From NCBI RefSeq assembly GCF_030144855.1, contig NC_082730.1, positions 15,438,001 to 15,502,000 on the forward strand: a DNA stretch of 64,000 nucleotides, given 5' to 3'. Position numbers and translations under genes: made by a program. The stretch comes from Hypanus sabinus (lineage: Eukaryota). Position 1 is the stretch's first letter, and every line of letters starts with the position of its first letter. Below the pieces are notes generated by a model. It saw only the letters and a program-made list of their open reading frames with translations, did not search any database and was not told the DNA's origin. Shown piece by piece: positions 12,221 to 23,800 of this stretch.

Positions 12221-14729
12221 TGAATTAATAACCAGATCTTGGAGTAGTCGAGTACAGGCCCAGGACCATCATACACTCCTCACACATTAACCCTTTCACT
12301 CCTGGGATCACTCTCGGGAACCTCCTCTGCACCCACTCCAATTACAGCACATCCTCTCAAAGATAAGGGGCACAAAACTGTTCACCATATTCAATGTGCA
12401 GTCTACCCAGTAACTTATAAAGCTGCAATTTTTATATTGCTTCTCAGCAACAGTGTGGAGAATGTTTTATAATGCCACGGTTGTACTTACAGGTTGTAGG
12501 TACAGCACTGGCATTAGTTTTACACACAATGGTTAAATGGCTTATCTCTTTTCTTCACAGAATTATTATTTTTGTTCAGTGATCTAGTTGTGAAAAGAAA
12601 AATGCTTTGCTGAAGATGTTTTGTATCTCCACACTTGTTCTCATCAGCATATTGAACCACGGTTGTTGAGAAGTTTTCCAAGTGATGGGGCAATGCAGGA
12701 AGAGGTCAAATGTCAATGCTTAGCAACCACTGTTACTAATTCAGTATGAATACTATATTCAGTTTGGTAAGACAAATAACGAAAACAGAAGTTCTGAGCA
12801 CATCTGTCACTGAGGGCGAACATTACACAGATGAAGCAGTGACTGAGGCAACAGAGTCAGCACTCATACTATACAATGTACAGAATTTAAGCAGGGATTC
12901 ATTCACAGCTAATATACTGCAGTCTTCCCCGAAAACAAACTCAAAGTAACAAAAGCTTTCTGTGTATACTGAATAATTTTATCATTTATCTATTTATATT
13001 CAGCTTAGAACTAAGTGTTCATAAACAATTGCAAAATCAGCAACAAAAATTCAGGAAAATATAAATGAGCTACATTCTTGGATCACCTCAACTCTCATAC
13101 TACAATGATATCAAAAGCAACACACACTAAATACTGGAAGAACTCAGCAGGTCAGGTAGCATCAATGGATATGAATAGACAATCAAGCTTTCAGACCCAA
13201 GCTCTTCTTTTACCCTTCTCACCTCGCTGTTATTTCAACCTGGATCCATACCTCCTTCCTTTTCTCCTTTGGTCCACTCTTTTCTTCTATCAGATTCATT
13301 CTTCTACAGCTTTTACAACATTTCCCACCCAACTGGCTCCACCAATCACTTTACAGATAGCCTCCTTACTGTCACACATCTTTTTATTCAGATGACATCA
13401 CATGGCCTTCTCAGTCCTGAAGAAGAGTCGCAGCCCAAAACGTTGACTCATTTCCATAGATGTTGCCTGACCTGTGTATAGCTCCAATGGTAATCATTGA
13501 ATATTCCCATTTAGGAATGCTACAGATAATTTCAGGACTTCGGGTATGTCAATGATATTAAACCTGGACCTATTTCTGATTCTCTATTACTTCTTCAATA
13601 TGTGCGACATGTGAAAATTGTTATCCCTTGTACTGAAGTTCCCTCAGGCTTCACCTGATCCAGGGAATTGCACAGCATGAATCTGGTTAGATTAACTTTG
13701 ACTAACATTGAAAGATATAACCAGGTGAACAGTGATATTGGGAAGTTACCAACTGAGAATATGAGCAAAGAATTACAGGGTTAAGGGTCACGGCAACCAT
13801 GGTAAGTTAGGTAAGATCGAAGTCTTCTCCTTGGACACTCAGGGAGACTCATGTTGCAAATGTATTCAAATATGGTTCAGACACACTTGAGGTTGATGTG
13901 TAGATGTGTTTACTGCACAGCAGGAAGGATGTGGAAACATTGGAGGGATTTCAGAAGTGTTTCACCAGATTGTTGCCCGTATTAGAAGACCATACGACCA
14001 GAAGACATAGGAGAAGAATTAGGCCATTCTTCCTATTAAGTCTATCCCACCGCTCCATCATGGCTGATTTATTTTCTCTATCACCTCTATTTTCCTGCCT
14101 TCTTTTCATAATCTTTGATGCCCTTACTAATCAAGAACCTATCATGTCCACTTTAAATGACTTGATCTCCACAGTTGTCTGTGGCAGTGAATTCCACAGA
14201 TTCATCATCTTCTAGTTCCATAAACTCGTCCTCATCTCTGTTCTAAAGGAACGTGCTTATACCTGGAGGCTGTGCCCTCTGATCCTAGAACTCCCCGTCA
14301 CAGGGAACTTCCCCTCCACATCCACTCTCTCTTGGCCTTTCAGTATTCAATTGATTTTCATGAGATTCCCCCTCATTCTTCTAATCTCTGGTAACTAAAG
14401 GTCAAGACCCATCAAACTTTCTCCTCACACTCACAACTCTCAGCATGGGCTCCTTCCCTTTCCATCATTAACTTTTCACCATGAACACTTTCCCCAATGA
14501 CGTACCACAGCTAACATTTTAAATCAAGCAAAAAATAAAGCTTCTGGATGACCTTCCCAAGTCAGGTAGTTAACATTTCAGATTTGAACACTCAAGGTTG
14601 TTTGTGTCCAAATATTTTAACACTTCTTAGCATTTTGTTTAGTCTCTCAGAATTTTTTAAACATTCCCATGCTGTTAAATATAACTGAAGGCTTTTCAGA
14701 TTGTCGTGTGCCACACATCAGTTGCGTCA

Positions 14730-14830
14730 CTGTGTTTTTCTTCAAACTTCCTGCTGCCTTCTTCCTCATTTTTATTTCAGTCATTTCTCTCTGAAGACAG
14801 GCAGACCTTGGCTGTGTCTCTGTGAATAAA
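14730..14830 (+). promoter_or_regulatory. Candidate proximal promoter (ETS and PU.1-like sites)
   Basis: ACTTCCTG (reverse CAGGAAGT) at 14746-14753 and CTTCCTCATTTTT at 14761-14773; the first motif recurs 78-85 nt before the ATG of all five leader exons. Confidence 0.55.
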
Positions 14831-14870
14831 ATGCTGTGGACATTGATTCTTCTGATTGGTTTCCTACCTG
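14831..14870 (+). CDS. Leader exon, proximal type L2, MLWTLILLIGFLP
   Basis: ATG, hydrophobic core, phase-1 donor G|gtgagt. Confidence 0.9.
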
Positions 14871-17800
14871 GTGAGTTACAGACAGCACTGGACAACATCA
14901 TCAGTGTTGGGTTGGGGGTCGTACAAAGTTTCCACATCAGTGCTTGAATAATTGTAGACACTAAAGATGTTGGAAACTGGAGTTCAGAGTAACTCCTGGA
15001 GGAACTCAGTGGGTCAAGCAGCATCTGTCGGGGGAGGGGAAATGTCAACGGTCTGGGTCGAGACCCGGTGTCATGTGTGATGAGTGACAGGCAGTACTGG
15101 ATATTTACAGTACCAAGAAAAGTCTACAGATGCTGGAAATGCAAGCAACACACACTAAATGCTGGACGGACTCAGCAGGCCAGGGAGCATCTATGGGAAA
15201 GAGTACAGTCAATGTTTCAGGCTGAGACCCTTCAGCAGGACTGGAGAAAAAAAAGCTGAGTAGATTTAAAAGGAGGGGGAGGGGAGAGAGAAACACAATG
15301 TGATGGGTGAAACCTGAGGGGAGGGGGATGAAGTAAAGAGATGGGAAATTGACTGGTGAAAGAGATACAGGGCTAGATTATAGAAGGGAACAGAAAGCCA
15401 TTAGAGAAAGAAAAGTGGGAGGAGCACTAGGCAGAGGCAATAGATGAGCAAGGAGATAAGGTGAGACAGGGAAAAGGGGATGGGGAATGGTAAAGGGAAG
15501 GGGGTCATTAGTGGAAGTTTGAGAAATCGATGTTTATGCCATCAGGTTGGAGGCTAACCAGATGGAATATAAGGTGTTGCAACTACAACCTAAGTGTGGC
15601 CTCATCATGACAGTGGAGGAGGCCATGGATAGACATATCAGAATGGGAATGGGAAGTGGAATTAAAATGGGTGGCCACTGAGCGATCCTGCTTGTTTTGG
15701 TGGATGGATCCTAGATGCTCGGTGAAGCGGTCTCCAATTTACATCGTGTCTCACTGATATACAGGAGATCACACCCGGAGAACCAGACACAGCATATGAT
15801 CCCAAGAAACTCACAAAAGAAGTGTCGCCTCACCTGTTTAGGGCCCTGAATGGTAGTGAGGGAGGAGGTGTAGGGGCAGCTGTAGCATCTGTTAAGCTTG
15901 CAAGGGTAAGTGCCAGGAGGGACATCAGTGGGGAAGGATGAATGGAAAAGGGAGTCGCAAAAGGAGCGATCCCTGCAGAAATCAGAAAGTAGCGGGGTCG
16001 GAAAGGTGTGCTTAGTGGTGGGGTCCCATTGGAGATGGCAGAAGTTGTGGAGAATTACATGCTGGCTGCAGACGCTGGTGTGTGGTAAGTAAGGACAAGA
16101 GTAACCTGATCGCTGGTAGGGTGGTGAAAGGATGGGGTGAGGGCAGATGTCTGTGAAATGGAAGAGATGCAGTTGAGGGCATTATTTTATGAGGGCATTG
16201 TTTCTGTGAAGAAGAAGGGAGGACTTCTCCTTCAGTCTAGAATAAAAAGTCTCATCCTGAAAGCAGATGTGGCGAAGAAGGAGGAATTGAGAAAAGGGGA
16301 TGACATTTTTTGAATATCAGGGTGGGAAGAGGTATTAGTTGTGAGAGGTCGTGGGTTTATAATAGACATCAGTAGATAATCTGTCTCCAGAGAGATCGAG
16401 GAAGGTGAAAGCGGTGTTGGAAATGGACCAAGTAAATTTGAGGGCAGGGAGGAAGTTGGAGGCAAAGTGGAGAAAGTCAACGAGTTCAGCATGGGTGCAG
16501 GAAGCAGCACCAATGCAGTCACCATGTAGCATAGGAAAAGTGCAGGATGGTCACCAGCGTAGGCTTGGAACATACACTCTTTCATATAGCCAACAAACAG
16601 GCAGGCATTACTGGGACCCCTGCAAGTGCCCATGGCTACACCTTTTGTTTGAAGGAATTGGGAGGAGCCAAAGATGAAATTATTAAGAGTGAGGACAAGT
16701 TCTCACAGAGGAGAGTGGTTGCGGAGGGGAACTTGTTGGGTCTGGTGTCCAGAAAGAAACAGAGAGCTTTGAGCCCTCACCATAACCTGTCTTTGTTGGG
16801 GGTCATACACTGTTTCCACAACGGTACTTGTATACCTATAGACACTAAAGATGTGGAATCTGGGGTTCAGAGTACACGCCTAGAGGAACTCAACAGGTGA
16901 AGCAGCGTCTATCAGGGGAGGGGAAATGTCAATAGTTTGGGTCGAGACTCTACATCAAGGGTGAGTGGAGAAGGAGACAATGTAAACAGGAGAGGGGAAG
17001 GTGTGAGGCATTATGAGGGGTTGCATTGTGCAGTTTATGAACTTGAATGTAAGTGATGTGGAAGTCAGTATGTTGTCCTCAAGTGATCCTACTGACCCCC
17101 ATTTCAACTCTAAANNNNNNNNNNNNNNNNNNNNNNNNNNNNNNNNNNNNNNNNNNNNNNNNNNNNNNNNNNNNNNNNNNNNNNNNNNNNNNNNNNNNNN
17201 NNNNNNNNNNNNNNNNNNNNNNNNNNNNNNNNNNNNNNNNNNNNNNNNNNNNNNNNNNNNNNNNNNNNNNNNNNNNNNNNNNNNNNNATAGCTGAGACCT
17301 TTGTGGACATTTCAACCGTATCCAGAGGTACCGGCCACGTGACAGACACACTGCCACCTGACTGGTCGGAGGACACACCACGCGCCAATCAACATTTGAT
17401 CCCTCCCAACTAATCAATGCACACCTAAATTATTGGTCACCTTAATTGGATTATCTCGCCCAGCCCCATGCTTTAAAAGGTAAGACATGTGCCTGGCCCA
17501 GTCTCTCTTACAGACCACCTCATTGAAGATAAGTGCATTGGTTTATGTCTGTGAAGGTTTATACTTTGTCCTGGTAAGGGAGCCGTAGCTATCCAAGGTC
17601 AAGGGGATAACTGTCGTAGTGCTTTTCCCTCGTTCTTTGTATGTGTAACCGTACCCTGACCCAACACAACTTTGTGTATTATACAGCTGACCCGACCTTC
17701 CCCACACGTGTTAACCCTAAGCATTTTTTGTTAGAATATCGCAGTTGCTTGTGTTGACCCAACTTCCCCTTGTAAATGAATTCCTTATTATTAAAACTGT

Positions 17801-20800
17801 CTGTGTCCAGGCCTCTACTGTTGAGACTCAAAGAACCAGTTATTTTCCATCACAACTCCAACATAAGGAAGTTATGATATGAGGAAGTTAGATATGGCCC
17901 TTGTGGCTAAAGGGGTCAGGGGTTTTGGAGAGAAAGCAGGTACAGGGTTCTGAGTTGGAGGATCAGCCATGATTATACTGAATGGTGGTGCAGGCTCGAA
18001 GGGCCGGATGGCCTTCTCCTGCACCTATTTTCTATGTTTCTACAATCTGAGGTAATTGAAAGTTCAGCACTGCCGCTCTCCCTCAGTACTGCAGTGGAAG
18101 GTCAGCCCTGGGTTTCTGCTCAGGACTCTGGAGTGGGAAGTGAACCCACAATGTACTGACACAGGGGAGAGAGCACTGACACAGTAACAGCACTGACTGC
18201 ACTTCAGACCAAAATCATTGGCTGTGGTGTCATGGAACACATGCTGAGCATGACCTGGCCCTGATTTCACCTTCATGGTAAAAAACATTTGTTTGCATTA
18301 AGTTGTTCCTTTCTCTTCAAATCTGAAAATGCCTCCCTCAGTTTCAGGTGCATTGTGGGCAGAGGAATCTGTAAGAGGAGTTGTGGGAAGATCAATCGCA
18401 ATCGATTGTCACTATGAAGCAATGTTCCCCTCACACACAAAGTATTGGTGCCATGGACGGACTCGTCAATGTTCAGTTTTAGTGGAAACAAATGGGCAAC
18501 ACGGACGGAGTGGACGAGTGTCAATCACAGATAACCCGGAATGGGGAATATTTACTGTTACTATGGAGGATCTTCACTCTGGAGATACAGGATGGTACAG
18601 CTGTGGAATTACAACACCAGGTCTCAATCCAATGTTTAATGTTCATCTACAAGTATCTGATGGTAGGTTTCTCAGGGATTGACTTTGTGCTTTCCATTGA
18701 GGATATGTCTCATGATCTTTGTTGTCACCCTGTCCATCCCAAACTGTCTCTGCAGTAATATCAGTGCCAAATGTTTCCTTCTATACGGCTGGTCACTGAA
18801 CCCAGTCACAATTTCATTTTCTCCTGAAAACTGCCAGGCATGTGACCGGTATCTCAGAAGTTGCTGCCTTTCAACAATCAGCAGCTATTTTATTAGGTCC
18901 CTCCTGTACATAGTAAAATGGCCACTGAGTGTATGTTTGTAGTCTTCTTATGCTGTAGCCCATCCACTTCAAGTTTCACCATGTTGTACTTTCAGAGGGT
19001 TTTCTGCACACCACAGTCAAAACACGCGGTTATTTGAATTCTTGTCACCTTTCTGTCTGCATGAACCAGTCTGGCCATTCTCCTCTCACATGTCTCATTA
19101 ACAAGGCATTTTTGTTCACAGAATTGCTCCTTACTGGATATTTTTTTTGTGTTGTTTGTGTCATTCTCTGTAAACTCTAGAGACTGATGTGTGTGAAAAT
19201 CCCAGCAGATCATATGTTCCTCGGATACTCAGACTACCCCACCTGGCACCAACAATTATTTCATGGTCAAAGTCACTTTGACCACATTTCTTCCTCATTC
19301 TGATGTTTGGCCTGAAAAAACACTGAAACTCTTGACATGATTGACTAATTAGATATTTGCATTAACGTGCAGCTGAAGAGATCTACCTAATAAAGTGTCA
19401 GAAGAGTGTCTGATTTTCAGATGTTCATTCAGTGTCTGAATGTTTAATTCTTTCCCACAGAACCTGTGTCTGCTCCTGTGGTTCGATACCTGTCACCAGC
19501 AAATGTCTCACGTCTCGGGGGCTCAGTGTCCGTGTCCTGTGAGTCCTTCCAGGGATCCCTTCCCATTCAGTACAGCTGGTATGAACAAACCTCATCTGGG
19601 CATCGAAAGGTATCAGGCACCAATGAGCTGGCTCTACATTGTCAATCATTCACCCAACAGCACCATCAATATTACTGCAATGCCTCGAATCGGCTTGGAG
19701 CAAAATCCAGTGCAATGTTTAAAGTGGCAGTCTTCAACAACGGAGAAATCTGCAGTTATGTGACAGAAATCAATGGCACCAGTAAGTTCTAATTTCAAGG
19801 AAGGAAACATTTAAATATTTATTTTTGTTACTCCGTTACTGCTGCTCTTATACTTCTAGTGAGGGTAAGGAATTTTTTGCATTTGTAGAAGCTACACATT
19901 GCAGCCACCATGGGGTAGAAATAAAGTGCAGTGAACAGTTAAGTCTGTCACTTCCTCCTGGAAGATGTGAAGCATCTCAGACATAGTCGGAATTGCACAT
20001 CCAGTCAAACTGAGAGCTTCCATTTATACGTCTGGTTTCTGCACTGAGGACACTGGAACAGGTGTTGACTTGTGAGATAGTGACACTGTCATAAAAACAA
20101 AAATAAGGACATAAAATCAGCAAATATTAGTGGAAGTGTCAGATATTTGGCAATATCAGAGTGAGTGTAGTTGCTGTTACTAAGGAGAAGGTGCTTGAGA
20201 AGCTGAGAGGTCTGAGGTAGATATCTGGACCAGAAAGACTACACCCCAAGGTTCTGAAAGAGGAAGCTAGAGAAATTATGGAAGCATGAGTGTTGATTTT
20301 TCAAGAATAACTCAACATCTGGAATGTTCCAGATGACTAGAATATTGCAAATATCACTCCAGTCTTTTAGTGAGGAGCGAGGAAAAAGAAAGAAATTGTG
20401 GACACAACCTCTCACAGTCACTCCTTGCCTGTTCTCCATCTCCCTCTGGTGCTCCACTGCCCCTTTCTTTCTCCCTAGGCCTCCCGTCCAATGATCCTTT
20501 CCCTTCTCCAGCTCTGTATCCCTTTTACCAATCACCTTTCCAGCTCTTAGCTTTATCCCTCCCACTCTTACTATCTTTTCTTTCAGTTAGTCCTGACGAA
20601 GGTTCTCAGCCTGAAACATTGACTGTACTTCATATAGGTGCTGCCTGGCCGGCTGCATTCCACCAGCATTTTGTGTGTGTTGTTCACCCGTTATCATGAT
20701 ATCAGTGGAAAACACTGCCCTTCCAGACCCTCTCAGACTTTACCCTCTCACTTTAGGCCGTGAGTCTCTAGTTTTCAACTGCCCTACCCTGCAGGGCACC

Positions 20801-23800
20801 AGCTGTTGATGAACCCAGTGACATGTGCCCAAGACTCCTGGAACTTCTGCCTAATGCTAGTACCAAGAGAGGGAGATGGGTCAAATGCAGGCAGACGGGA
20901 CAGGCTCTGGTGGGTGGATCGTGATGGCACAGAGTAATGGGGGTGAACACCAGTTCATTTTCGAGTTCATTTGTAAACTTAGACAACTCTTTCTACTGCC
21001 CACTGTACTACAGTGCCACCTGTAAGTTATTAATCATGTGACATTTTCATTTCAAATTATTAATATTGATGACAAATAACAGTGGCTAACAAATGACAAA
21101 ACTGATCCCTATAGCACACCGCTGGTGATAAAGTCAGATGTGGTCAGAAAAACAACACTCCACTACCACAATGATTTTGTTCTCCTTTACCCTTTTGTGC
21201 AGGAAATGACTTAGCTAATCTTTGAATCTGTTTGTGTAAATTCGATTTTTACCTGTCCACTTTCTGAAGAACTTCTCCCTCAGTTTCAGGTGCCTTATGG
21301 GCAGAAGATAATGTAAGAGGAGTTCTGGGAAGAGCGGTTACAATCGATTGTCACTATGCACTGATGTACCATTCACACACAAAGTATTTGTGTCACATGT
21401 GGGATCGCCAATGCACATCGTTACTGAATACAAATGGGACAAATGAGCAGTATGGAAGAATGACAATCAGAGATAACACATCCCAGGGAATATTTACCGT
21501 TACTATGGAGCATCTTCTCTGTAATGATACAGGGCTTTACCGATGTGGAATTACAACATCTGGCAATCAGCTAGAGTTTGATGTGCATCTACAACTATCT
21601 GACGGTAGGTTTCTCATTGATTGACTTGATATCTCCACTGAAATAACTGATTCACATTTTCTTTGGGATGGGTCAGGAGAGCACGAATATTCTAAGGGAG
21701 CAGCACAATACAGAGCACCTGGGGAGTGGGCAAGGGTCAGGAAACCCCTCTCATGTTGCTCTCACCCAGTGCGAGGTCCAACCCACTGATGGGACACCAA
21801 TTCCCAGTGGAAAGCTCAGCACATTGTCCTGCCTCTGTACATCATTGAATGCCACCCTGTCAGAGGAGGAGGTGTTTGCTACTGTGGTAAACTATGTATA
21901 CCTGTCTGGACACGCCCCTCTGCTGACTGCTCCTGTGGCTCCTCCCACTGACCCCTGTATAAAGGCGATTGGGGCACTGCTCCTCCCTCAGTCTCCGAGA
22001 TGCTGTGCTCCCTTTTGCTGCTAATAAAAGCCTATCGTTCACCTCCCATCTCCAAGAGTTATTGATGGTGCATCAGCTACCCTGAGGCAGATCAGTGCAG
22101 ATATATCCCCAGGGTCTGCTAATGAGTTTCCTCTGAACTTACGGGAGGCAAGTGCAGAAATTACCGGTGCCCCGGCAGACATATTTAAACTATTCTCAGC
22201 GACAGGAGAGATACTGGAGGACTGGAGGATAGCCAATCTTGTTCTTCTGTTTAAAAAAGGGCCTAAACATGAATAAGGAACTATAAGGCGGAGAGCCTCA
22301 TCAGCATTTTGAGTCGTGGTTGTTGAAAAGTTTTTCAAGAGGTGATGGGATAATGCAGGAAGAGACCAGAACAGTCTCTCAATAGATAGCATCCATTGGT
22401 ACTTCTCTATATTCTGTTTGTTAAGACAATGAAAGAAGACAGACCACATTCTATGCTGAAGGTGAACATTACACAGATATCAGCAGTGACTGATGCAGCA
22501 GAGTCAGCACTCATACTATACAATGTACAGAATTTAATCAGATATACATTCACGGCTAATATACTGCACTGTTTTCCCCTAAAACAAATGGTACAAACCC
22601 AAAGTAACATAAGCTCTCCAAATTTAGTGTTTATAAACAATTGCAAAGTCAGCAATAAAAATTCAGGAAAATATAAATGAGCCACATTCTTGGATCACCT
22701 CAACACTCACACTGCAATGAAATCAAAAGCAACACAGACAAAATACAGGAGGAAATCAGCATCTCTGTCAGAATCTATGGAAATGAATACATAGTCGAGG
22801 TTTTGGGCTGAGGCGTTTCTGTTACCTCTTCCTACCTTCCTGTTACTTCCCCTGGGTGCCAGTTGAAGTGGTGAATGCAGGCTCACTTTTGACATTTAAG
22901 AAAAACTTGGACAGGTATATGGATGAGAGGGGTTTTGAGGGATATGGTGCAGGTCAATGGGATCAGGCAGAAAAATGGATTGGCACAGCAAAGAAGGGCC
23001 AAAAGGCCTGCTTCTGTGCTGTAATGTTCTATGATTCTGTATCGTCCTTGACCTCCCCCATCATTTGGTTCAGACAACTTCCCACTTCCTTCTCAATCCT
23101 GCAGAAGGGTCTTGTCCTGAATCGTTTACTTATCTATTCATCTCCACTAATGCTGCCTGACCTGATTTCTCAGCAACATTTCATGTGTATTGTTTTGGAT
23201 TTCCTGCGTCTGCAGATTTTCCTGAGTTTACAATGAAATTAACTTTGAACAATTAACATTGTTCAGTTAAAACTCAAGATGGCGCTGGCAAGTGGCGACT
23301 CTGTCTGTAGCTCCAACGGTAATTATCGAATTCAGGACTACTACAGCTAATTTCAGGATGTACAGTATGTTGGTGACATGAAATCTGATTCTGGTTGTCT
23401 CTTTCTTCTCCAATATGTGTGACACGTGAGAATTGTTATCCCTTGTATTGAAGCTCTCCTCAGATTTCCCAGGGAATTGAATAGCATGTAGCTGATTAGA
23501 TTATACTTCGACTAACATTGAAAGATCTAACTAGATCTAACTAGGAGGAACGTTGGGAAGTTAGCATCTGAGAATCTGAGCAAAGGTGAGCAGGGTCAAG
23601 GGTCAGAGCAACCATAGGGGTGAGATAGATAAGCTTGAAATGTTTTCTCCTTGGTCAGGTGTGAACTGTACGTTAACTGTGCCCTGTGATTCCATGAGAA
23701 TCAGAAACTACAGGGGTTGTCTACTCACACAGACCATTTCCTTTCAAAATGGAGTTGACTTGTTTGATGAACAGATTTGATGGGGATTTTACCCATTGTG

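Noticed and set aside
12561-12766. Exon-like stretch with an acceptor and a gtaaga donor in the repeated upstream block
   Set aside because: Stops in all three frames, and the donor is lost in two of four copies; may be regulatory but I have no evidence.
14825-14833. AATAAA directly before the L2 start codon as a poly(A) signal
   Set aside because: More simply an A-rich initiation context; no downstream GU-rich element was assessed and one L1 leader lacks it.
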